Virus record (IMG/VR): IMGVR_UViG_3300045988_159115 | DNA from: a virus | DNA length: 64,000 nucleotides | Reading direction: 5' to 3' (one strand) | Notes under the pieces: generated by a model | Told to the model about the DNA's origin: nothing | Seen by the model: only the letters and a program-made list of their open reading frames with translations | The model's database searches: none | Part shown: piece by piece, positions 53,386 through 60,515 of the stretch | How positions within the stretch are numbered: the stretch's first letter is position 1 | How the letters are laid out: every line of letters begins with the position of its first letter | Made by a program: the position numbers and the translations under genes

Positions 53386-53784
53386 ATGAGCATTGCAACT
53401 GGTGATAAAAAAATTAGCTTGAGAGTAGGCGGAAAGGACCTAGCTCTAAACGATGGATTTCCATTATCAAATCCAGAAGATTTTAAGCATACACAACTTG
53501 AATCTAGAATAACTGATAGTTTATATGATAATGAAAAAACTCAATATCGACCAACATTTTCTACAAACGAGCTACATGATAATTTACTTGAATTTGAAAA
53601 TTCACGGACTAACGTAATATGCGGCGTTGGTATCGGAACAAGCGGAACCAATCACGGTATTTATAGTTCGTCTTGTCAAAGAGACTGCCCGAATGATGGT
53701 TGGCTTATACGAGCAACAGATACTGGATCAGTATACATCTACGGAAAACTTATCAGAGATTCAAAAGGTAATTGGTATATATAA
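53386..53784 (+). CDS. hypothetical Cys-containing small protein (132 aa), accessory; fibre-tip-like C-terminus
   Basis: ATG at 53386 is 8 nt after GGAGG. Codon usage is atypical. It contains CPNDGW; the C-terminus NHGIYSSS..GWLIRATDTGSVYIYGKLIRDSKGNWYI is reminiscent of fibre distal domains, but the resemblance is weak. Confidence 0.55.
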   Translation: MSIATGDKKISLRVGGKDLALNDGFPLSNPEDFKHTQLESRITDSLYDNEKTQYRPTFSTNELHDNLLEFENSRTNVICGVGIGTSGTNHGIYSSSCQRDCPNDGWLIRATDTGSVYIYGKLIRDSKGNWYI

Positions 53785-53835
53785 TAAAAAGAAGCTACCT
53801 GCATTTCTTAATTGGATTTGCAGGTAGCTTCTTTT

Positions 53836-54375
53836 TTACTCTTTGATCTGTTCGAGGGGCTTCACGTTATCGTTGATGTAGGTTGCAAACCGATAATTGA
53901 GACCAGTCTTTTCATCATGACGATAATTCGGGAAGGTATCAATCATCATCCACCAATTCTTTTTCTGATGCAGATTCGGGAAGAATGCATCTGCATCAGG
54001 GGCTTCTTTATCAATGTAGGTCACATATGCTGTGCTACAATAGTCAATGAGTTCGTTATATAAACTATCTCCTCCAATCAGGTATACTTCCTCAGGAGGG
54101 TACATAGAAATGAGATCTTTTAATTCTTCCATGGTATTCACAATGATTGCATCTTTGGAATCCACATGGTAGTTTTTATCGTGAGTCAAAATGATATTGA
54201 CTCGTTTTGCAAGAGGCTTCTTGAACGGGAAAGATTCAAAGGTCTTTCGACCCATTACAACAACGTGTCCCATTGTCAACTCTTTGAATCTAGCCATGTC
54301 ATCCTTGATGTGGAAAAGAAGCTTATTATTCTTGCCAATTCCCCAGTTATTACTGACGGCAACAATAGCTCGCAT
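53836..54375 (-). CDS. folA: dihydrofolate reductase
   Basis: MRAIVAVSNNWGIGKNNKLLFHIKDDMARFKELT..VVMGRKTFESF..KRVNIILT..YLIGGDSLY are canonical DHFR motifs. ATG 54396 is an alternative start. Confidence 0.85.
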   Translation of the reverse strand: MRAIVAVSNNWGIGKNNKLLFHIKDDMARFKELTMGHVVVMGRKTFESFPFKKPLAKRVNIILTHDKNYHVDSKDAIIVNTMEELKDLISMYPPEEVYLIGGDSLYNELIDYCSTAYVTYIDKEAPDADAFFPNLHQKKNWWMMIDTFPNYRHDEKTGLNYRFATYINDNVKPLEQIKE

Positions 54376-54512
54376 TGGTATCACCAGTCCTTCCATTTTA
54401 ATAGATAATTTCTAGGGGTCACTTAGCTAAGTGTCTGAGTTGATATAAATAAGAAGACTAGACGAGGAAAAATCCTTATCTAGTCTTCTTTTCGTATCTC
54501 CTCTAGTTTCAG

Positions 54513-54524
54513 TTATATGTTATA
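54513..54524 (+). promoter_or_regulatory. variant early-type motif TTATATGTTATA
   Basis: One mismatch to the 12-mer; oriented toward the 49-aa ORF. Confidence 0.4.
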
Positions 54525-54554
54525 ATGGCATATAAAGAAAAGGAGGTGATACTC

Positions 54555-54704
54555 ATGCATACATTTTTCAATGATGCATTTGCAGCGGCATATGCTGCGT
54601 GCACAGGGAAGATGCTTGTTCTCGAACCGGAGAACTCGACAGATGCTACCATCAATTACGATAGTAGTGCTACGTCGGAACCTATCCGGATCCTGAATAG
54701 GTAA
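54555..54704 (+). CDS. stand-alone small protein (49 aa)
   Basis: Strong SD AAAGGAGGTG 6 nt upstream. A variant early-type motif lies at 54513-54524 and a terminator at 54718-54764. Translated by hand. Confidence 0.5.
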   Translation: MHTFFNDAFAAAYAACTGKMLVLEPENSTDATINYDSSATSEPIRILNR

Positions 54705-54717
54705 CCCGACACCCAGG

Positions 54718-54764
54718 AAAGAAAGACTAGGTCTAGAACCACTGGATCTAGTCTTTCTTTTTTG
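54718..54764. terminator. bidirectional terminator
   Basis: AAAGAAAGACTAG / CTAGTCTTTCTTT followed by a T-run. Confidence 0.65.
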
Positions 54765-54778
54765 TTAGTATGTGTATT

Positions 54779-55228
54779 TTAATATAAGCCGCGATCAAAT
54801 TTAAACCATTTCCAGTAATCTCGCGGTCTTTCTTTTTTGATAAAATCGTTTACGTGTTTTTTGAAGATATCGTAGTATGCAAAGTCAATCACATAGTCTT
54901 TGAATTGAGTGACCATCTCAATGCTAATAAGATCGGACGGCTGTGCAATCAGATAGCAATTTTGCAGCTCATTATCCTCTTTCATAGAAGCAACCAATCC
55001 ATGGATAGCAGGAAGCAATACAATTTTTCCTTTGAGATTGCACAGGTTGAGAGCTGTCGCCGCCATTGCATAATATTTTCCATCTTTATATGAGTTAAGC
55101 CATTCCGTGTGCTGGAGCATACAAATTCGTTTGTCTACATCTTTTTGAAGCTCGGGAAGATAGTTACGGAAGCATTCTGGATCTTCTTGCTTCTCATAAC
55201 TATAGAAGATGATCATTCCATGTTCCAT
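54779..55228 (-). CDS. hypothetical protein (149 aa)
   Basis: The start abuts the stop of the kinase-like gene. Confidence 0.6.
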   Translation of the reverse strand: MEHGMIIFYSYEKQEDPECFRNYLPELQKDVDKRICMLQHTEWLNSYKDGKYYAMAATALNLCNLKGKIVLLPAIHGLVASMKEDNELQNCYLIAQPSDLISIEMVTQFKDYVIDFAYYDIFKKHVNDFIKKERPRDYWKWFKFDRGLY

Positions 55229-55750
55229 TTAGTACACAGCCTTTCTTTCAAAACCGTTAATGATGTCCTTCATATTATAGCAGTCAGTAGTTTCGATTCG
55301 ATAATATCCCTGATACAGTCCTTGCTTAACTTCTTCTTCGATAGATCCAACGTCTTCATCATAGTGATCTCGTACTCGTTCATAAGCTTTCCTATTTTTC
55401 AGAATACTCACCGACTTATAACGATTATACGTACGATCAATCCAATGAGATTTCATCTCAGGACTCAATGCCGGATAGATAATGAAAAGATCGTCGAACA
55501 TCTGAAGATTCTGTCTCAGATAAATGAGTTTTCTTCTGACGTCAATGTGACTGGATACGAATACTACAAATCCCTGGCTCTCGAGGTCCAGTGCTGCATT
55601 GCAGTATGAAGTGATCCAATTCGGATCAGTTTTCTCAAAATTGGATGATTCGAAGTCAACCACGATTGGTCTTGTGATGGTGTCTCCAGTTACTTTCTGA
55701 TAGTGCTGATATTGAGACTTTCCGACTGCCGGGAATCCGATGATAATCAT
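55229..55750 (-). CDS. P-loop nucleotide/nucleoside-monophosphate kinase-like protein
   Basis: N-terminal MIIIGFPAVGKS Walker A. Its size (about 170 aa) and its position in the nucleotide-metabolism neighbourhood fit this call. SD AGGAGGAAA. Confidence 0.5.
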   Translation of the reverse strand: MIIIGFPAVGKSQYQHYQKVTGDTITRPIVVDFESSNFEKTDPNWITSYCNAALDLESQGFVVFVSSHIDVRRKLIYLRQNLQMFDDLFIIYPALSPEMKSHWIDRTYNRYKSVSILKNRKAYERVRDHYDEDVGSIEEEVKQGLYQGYYRIETTDCYNMKDIINGFERKAVY

Positions 55751-55823
55751 ATTTATTTCCTCCTGTGGATAATATTTTTGCTGGTTTCAGAATTGTCACT
55801 GGCCGTATATCTTAGAATTCTGA

Positions 55824-55835
55824 TTATATATTATA
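55824..55835 (+). promoter_or_regulatory. early-type promoter motif TTATATATTATA
   Basis: Oriented toward the paralog pair 55904 / 56212. Confidence 0.6.
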
Positions 55836-55903
55836 ATGCTGAAGAATAAGAAGGAGAAGAAGAGTAGCCTTCATGGATTAGTTTCTAAAAGGAGGAAACT
55901 ACT

Positions 55904-56107
55904 ATGATGTGTTCTTACACTGTAAAATATCATGATTATGCAACGGTGCCTATTGGTGAAGTTGCAAGTCCTGATTCCTATGGAACCATTCAAGAGTACG
56001 TGAGCTGGGAGGGCGCCAGCACGGCCATCGTCAATGAAGCGGCCAACTTCATGAATGAGCTTGACTATGCTCACATTGACAGGATCAAAAAACCTTCATC
56101 ACTGTAA
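55904..56107 (+). CDS. small protein, paralog of 56212-56481; its homologous C-terminus lies in the -1 frame (to 56193)
   Basis: It shares an identical 18-nt SD/start context with the paralog and the NEAANFM / KEAANFL motifs. The -1 frame after the A6 run (56087-56092) encodes ITVKYYEGKIDRYRRFYFENC, which matches the paralog's IKINYEQDKPVQKSQFFVVTDC. Confidence 0.55.
   Translation: MMCSYTVKYHDYATVPIGEVASPDSYGTIQEYVSWEGASTAIVNEAANFMNELDYAHIDRIKKPSSL
56087..56092 (+). other. A6 homopolymer at the frame junction (possible -1 slip site or indel)
   Basis: atc aaa aaa cct in frame 0. The -1 frame stays open from here to the TAA at 56191-56193. Confidence 0.4.
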
Positions 56108-56211
56108 AGTACTATGAAGGAAAGATCGACCGCTACCGTCGGTTCTACTTCGAAAACTGCGATGACGGTGATGTGGATGATATGGAAGATTAATATAAGG
56201 AGGAAACTACT

Positions 56212-56481
56212 ATGGATGCTTATTACAGTCTCATGGCTGCAACCGATACGTACGATCGGGCAGCTAATAAGTCCGTTAACGGTAAGTTTACTGTCATTAC
56301 CGAATCCGATTCTTACCAGGAAACTTATACGCGGCTTATCAAAGAAGCCGCAAACTTTCTCGCTACGCATGCTGGTAGCGTGGTTGGGGTCATGATGGAG
56401 AACTGTATCAAAATCAATTACGAACAGGATAAACCTGTTCAAAAGTCTCAGTTCTTTGTGGTGACTGATTGTATGCCGTAA
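56212..56481 (+). CDS. small protein (89 aa), paralog of 55904
   Basis: SD AAGGAGGAAACTACT-ATG identical to that of the paralog; conserved terminator hairpin at 56487-56525. Confidence 0.65.
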   Translation: MDAYYSLMAATDTYDRAANKSVNGKFTVITESDSYQETYTRLIKEAANFLATHAGSVVGVMMENCIKINYEQDKPVQKSQFFVVTDCMP

Positions 56482-56486
56482 TGGAA

Positions 56487-56525
56487 AGAGGGACCTAACA
56501 GCCAGTTAGGTATCCCTTCTTTTTT
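56487..56525 (+). terminator. conserved terminator family, copy B
   Basis: AGAGGGACCTAACAGCCAGTTAGGTATCCCTTCTTTTTT. Confidence 0.7.
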
Positions 56526-56598
56526 GTCTTTATAGTAGATAATCCATTCAACTTGGTATTAACCTTATTTTTCTTTGGATCATAGAAATGGAGAGAGA

Positions 56599-56811
56599 AT
56601 GATGCGGTATCCCGGACAATCATGTGACCCTTTTGTGAATCTTGTTTGCTATCTCTATGAAGAATTAGATCATCTGGTGCGGAAATCTGTTTTTAAGTTT
56701 TGCCTTTGGAATGCAAAACGGAAGAATGATGCTAAGAAGATGAGTTACTATCAGAGCAAGATAGAGATTGCAGATAGAGTTCATAAAATGATGAAACGTT
56801 TTTATTCGTAA
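56599..56811 (+). CDS. hypothetical protein (70 aa)
   Basis: ATG preceded by GGAGAGAGA. Confidence 0.5.
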   Translation: MMRYPGQSCDPFVNLVCYLYEELDHLVRKSVFKFCLWNAKRKNDAKKMSYYQSKIEIADRVHKMMKRFYS

Positions 56812-56823
56812 AGGAGGAATATT

Positions 56824-57537
56824 ATGCCGATTCTTACCAAATCACAAGAAGCAGGTTTCATGGATTTCTGTGATAAAATGCGGAATCCGGAAGCAATGGA
56901 TCAAGTTACATATCATGAAATCGTTTATCCTTTTAACATGAATATGTGTATCCAGATGTTCCGTGACAATAATCCATTCTTTAATATCTATCCAAGCTAT
57001 TCGTTTGGCGAAGATACGATTTGTGCGTATCTGGCATTTGCCGCTTGCACGGATTCTGAATTTGATCTGTGCATTATGGCAAATACTGATAAAGACTACA
57101 ATCGAATTCTCAATAAGGTATATTACTTCGTAAAGAAGTCTCGGTTCTCGCTGATCACAAAGCTTCTTGCATGTTCTCGTCTTGCTAAGAAGTTTTATAT
57201 TGGGAATGCACGATATGTGTATATTGCCCAGTATGAGAGAACCTTTGATCCCGACGACAACTGTTTTGTTGGATGGGTTCATCCGAGGGTAACTGGCGGT
57301 ACGATTGATGAGAATCGTCCTCATGCATATGGAACGCATGTCATCAAGAGCAGAATGCATGATATGAGAACTCATACCATTATTTCTGGTAAAGATGCGT
57401 ATGATGTTCTTAAGACTCAGATTGGTAGCTATCTCATGTACTATAACGTGATTGATGCTGATCTGGATTCTTGTAAGGAAGATACTCACAAAACCGCTGG
57501 AGAATATTTTAAGAACAGGGAGAAAAATAATGAGTAA
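56824..57537 (+). CDS. hypothetical protein (237 aa)
   Basis: SD AAAGGAGGAA; overlaps the thyA start. Confidence 0.65.
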   Translation: MPILTKSQEAGFMDFCDKMRNPEAMDQVTYHEIVYPFNMNMCIQMFRDNNPFFNIYPSYSFGEDTICAYLAFAACTDSEFDLCIMANTDKDYNRILNKVYYFVKKSRFSLITKLLACSRLAKKFYIGNARYVYIAQYERTFDPDDNCFVGWVHPRVTGGTIDENRPHAYGTHVIKSRMHDMRTHTIISGKDAYDVLKTQIGSYLMYYNVIDADLDSCKEDTHKTAGEYFKNREKNNE

Positions 57538-58459
57538 AGCAGATGTTATTTTCAAGGACAATGTAGAGCAGATCCTTTGCATGGGAAATTATGAAGATCA
57601 TTCTCTTCGTTGGTATCCGACTCGAGCAATGTGGGCGGATACGAAACTTACTGCTTGCACTGCAAAAGCATTCGGTATCGTGAATGAGTATGATCTTCGG
57701 GAAGAGTTCCCTGCAATCACTTTCCGAAAGACTGGTCTGAAGTCTTGCATGGATGAGATTCTTTGGATCTATCAGAAGAAGAGCAATAACATCCATGATC
57801 TGAAATCTCATATCTGGGATTCTTGGGCAGATGCTTCTGGTTCCATTGGTAAGGCATATGGCTATCAGATTGGTCAGAAGTATAAGCACCATAAAGCCCA
57901 TATGGATATCAACGGATGCTATCCGGATGGAACTGTTTTTGCAAAGAATGGCAATCCTTATGTGATGCTGGATCAGATGGATGCTGTGCTGTATGATCTT
58001 CAGCACGATCCTTGGTCCCGTCGTATCATGACAAATACGTACTGCTTCGAGGACCTTTCTGAGATGGGTCTGTATCCTTGTGCATATTCTACTACGTGGA
58101 ATGTGACCAAGGAAGACGGTTATGAGAAGCCGGTTCTGAATCTGCTTTTGAATCAGAGAAGCAATGACTATATGGTTGCAAACAACTGGAATACTGCACA
58201 GTACGCAATCCTCTTAATGATGGTTGCACAGGTATGTGACATGGTTCCTGGTCGTTTGACTCATGTCATTGCAGATGCCCACATCTATGATCGTCATCGT
58301 GAGATGATTGAGAGTATGATTCGTCGTCCGATGTATCCTGCTCCGAAGGTTAGTCTGGATCCTTCCATTAAAGATTTCTACAAGTTCACTACAGATAGCC
58401 TGATTGTGGAAAATTATCAGGCTGGTGAGCAAATCAAAAATATCCCTGTAGCTGTATAA
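57530..58459 (+). CDS. thyA: thymidylate synthase family (ThyA-type) enzyme
   Basis: DEILWIY, IWDSWAD, GKAYGYQ, DPWSRRIM, catalytic-Cys context LYPCA, NQRSNDYMVANNWNTAQYAILL (compare YQRSxDVFLGLPFNIASYALL) and ADAHIYDRH are present. The start was chosen at the ATG after AGGGAG. Confidence 0.8.
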   Translation: MSKADVIFKDNVEQILCMGNYEDHSLRWYPTRAMWADTKLTACTAKAFGIVNEYDLREEFPAITFRKTGLKSCMDEILWIYQKKSNNIHDLKSHIWDSWADASGSIGKAYGYQIGQKYKHHKAHMDINGCYPDGTVFAKNGNPYVMLDQMDAVLYDLQHDPWSRRIMTNTYCFEDLSEMGLYPCAYSTTWNVTKEDGYEKPVLNLLLNQRSNDYMVANNWNTAQYAILLMMVAQVCDMVPGRLTHVIADAHIYDRHREMIESMIRRPMYPAPKVSLDPSIKDFYKFTTDSLIVENYQAGEQIKNIPVAV

Positions 58460-58464
58460 CTACA

Positions 58465-58514
58465 AAAAAGAAGACTATGCACTTGATATATGAATCATTG
58501 TGCATAGTCTTCTT
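58465..58514. terminator. bidirectional terminator after thyA
   Basis: AAGAAGACTATGCA / TGCATAGTCTTCTT. Confidence 0.7.
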
Positions 58515-58523
58515 AGCATTCAT

Positions 58524-59450
58524 TTACAGAACGCGAAGGATATTGACAGGATGCTCGTAGTCGATTTTGTCGGCATCGACTCCCTCATTAAAGGATTCGA
58601 TGAGAAGGGTGACCTCTTTATCGTTCTTATCAAAGAACCGGATGAAGTTCTGAGTGTAACTCTTACCAGTACTTGCGATAGTCACTGCTTCGTTGTACTG
58701 CATCAGTCCACTCACGTTCCAGATAGAGAAAGCATCTATCACTTCTTTTAAAGTATAGAAATGATAGCAGCCGAGTCTGGAATAGCGCTCAGGATCAATG
58801 TGGCCATATGCTGTCCGCATCATCTTGTTATCACTGATCTGGCTTTTATTCAGTTCCAGCTGGAGCATGATGCGCTGCTGACCACCAGTGATTAAGTACA
58901 TGCAGTGAAGGATATCAACGGGCTTCAGGACCGTATGAATGATGCCAGGCATCAGAGTAGGTTCCTCTTTATCCATCGGATCAATGACGAACGGGGATAG
59001 CGGATGAATCTTATACTCCGTACGGTCTTCACTTACTTCTTCACTGGTGATAAGAATATCACCGATGAGAAATTCGGGTTTCACAGACACATAATCCATG
59101 AGGTCATTGAAGGTTTTGAAATGATCGCCACCAGCAAAGATCATGTACGGCTTCCGAGATTCAGCCACGGATTCATAATCATCTGTGATATAGAAGAAGT
59201 TCAGGAAAGCAATCGCCTCTTCGAAGCTTCCGAAACTCAAGTCGATGATTCGTCTGCAGATGTCATCAGCGATGCCAGATTGTACAGCGCTCATATCATT
59301 CGTGTGGTGATCAACGATCTTCCCATCGTGCCTGAGATAATACTTGGAGACTCCGGGAATCTTATAATATACAAAGTCTCCATAGCCGCTTTTACCAACA
59401 AAGAATTCGCATTCTTGATTGGTAATTTTTTCTTTCATAAATTCGTCCAT
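58524..59450 (-). CDS. hypothetical protein, member of a tandem paralog trio
   Basis: The ATG at 59450 is 7 nt after GAGGTG. FEEAIAFLNFFYI resembles ELEARAFFEAFNIY of the upstream gene. Confidence 0.6.
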   Translation of the reverse strand: MDEFMKEKITNQECEFFVGKSGYGDFVYYKIPGVSKYYLRHDGKIVDHHTNDMSAVQSGIADDICRRIIDLSFGSFEEAIAFLNFFYITDDYESVAESRKPYMIFAGGDHFKTFNDLMDYVSVKPEFLIGDILITSEEVSEDRTEYKIHPLSPFVIDPMDKEEPTLMPGIIHTVLKPVDILHCMYLITGGQQRIMLQLELNKSQISDNKMMRTAYGHIDPERYSRLGCYHFYTLKEVIDAFSIWNVSGLMQYNEAVTIASTGKSYTQNFIRFFDKNDKEVTLLIESFNEGVDADKIDYEHPVNILRVL

Positions 59451-59461
59451 AGCATCACACC

Positions 59462-60391
59462 TCACTCATTGAAGAGACCAAAACGATTCTGGAGCATGTC
59501 GGGATCGAGCTGATGGGGCTCATAAAGATCAATGAAGGTACGATCGGTGTACCAAGAAGGAATATAGCCGAACACCATGAAGTCATCAACAAAGTCTTTG
59601 TCTTTGGAGACAGTAACACGGAGGACGCTGACGCTGCAATCTTCATCGGAAGTCTTCGTGATATTCTCTTTATATGTCATCGTACTGGTCACGAGTCCTT
59701 TTTCGGAAGCGATGAAAGCCTGCTCCGCATTCATGACTGCTGCCATATCTTCGAATTGATAATCAGCAAGCCAGAAAATGTGATCAGCATCAATGATGTG
59801 CTTCACAGTATCGGTCATCGGAACCGATTCTTTGCTGCCCTTCACATGAGAATATTTGATGACGTCCTGAACCATAACAGCTGTGCTGGAATTCTCATCA
59901 GGATTGAGATATTGGGGATAGACGATGATACTGTCGGTGATTTCCTTGTAATCACCAGAGAACGGATGATCAGGAATGAAGTCTTCATGCAGATATTCGT
60001 TGCCCTTGTCATAGATTTCAAACTTAGTCAAAGGCACAGGAGTATAGAGATCACGCTTATCCTCATCTGCATGGCCCACGTTCTTAAGGAGAATCACCTT
60101 TTCGGATTCTGGGTACTTGACGTTGATAATGTGAGCATAGAGCTCATTGGAATCCGAAAGCCCAGGCTCAACCATATAGGTCATATTGTCGTTTGTATCC
60201 GGATAGATGTTGAATGCTTCGAAGAATGCTCGTGCTTCGAGCTCATCCTTGAAATAGAGATCGAGAAGATCTTTGATGGGCTCATCAGGGTTGCTGGCCT
60301 CATAGATATAATCACCTTTAATGATGTAATTCTCTGCACCATTAATGACGATTTGACCATCCTTCTCGATAAAGCAATTCGGGTTTCTCAT
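59462..60391 (-). CDS. hypothetical protein, member of a tandem paralog trio
   Basis: SD AGGAGGT; early-type promoter at 60447-60458. Confidence 0.65.
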   Translation of the reverse strand: MRNPNCFIEKDGQIVINGAENYIIKGDYIYEASNPDEPIKDLLDLYFKDELEARAFFEAFNIYPDTNDNMTYMVEPGLSDSNELYAHIINVKYPESEKVILLKNVGHADEDKRDLYTPVPLTKFEIYDKGNEYLHEDFIPDHPFSGDYKEITDSIIVYPQYLNPDENSSTAVMVQDVIKYSHVKGSKESVPMTDTVKHIIDADHIFWLADYQFEDMAAVMNAEQAFIASEKGLVTSTMTYKENITKTSDEDCSVSVLRVTVSKDKDFVDDFMVFGYIPSWYTDRTFIDLYEPHQLDPDMLQNRFGLFNE

Positions 60392-60446
60392 ACTTTAACC
60401 TCCTAAATTTTTTGATAGCTACTCGAGTTTCGCTATCATTCTATTA

Positions 60447-60458
60447 TATAATATATAA
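60447..60458 (-). promoter_or_regulatory. early-type promoter motif (minus strand TTATATATTATA)
   Basis: Oriented toward 60391-58524. Confidence 0.6.
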
Positions 60459-60515
60459 CTGAGATAGCAGAAGAAAAATTTTAGAATCTTCGTACTATCT
60501 CAGTTATGATATTCA

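Noticed and set aside
52772-53784. Mu G-segment-like tail-fibre shufflon.
   Set aside because: The two ORFs diverge from the centre rather than reading inward from a constant 5' exon. No upstream constant fibre segment abuts either repeat.
57530-58459. Uracil-containing genome, as in AR9/PBS1.
   Set aside because: A ThyA-family enzyme, DHFR and a kinase are present. No dUTP-accumulating functions or Ugi-like gene are recognisable here. The idea is therefore not supported by this window, although base composition needs direct measurement.
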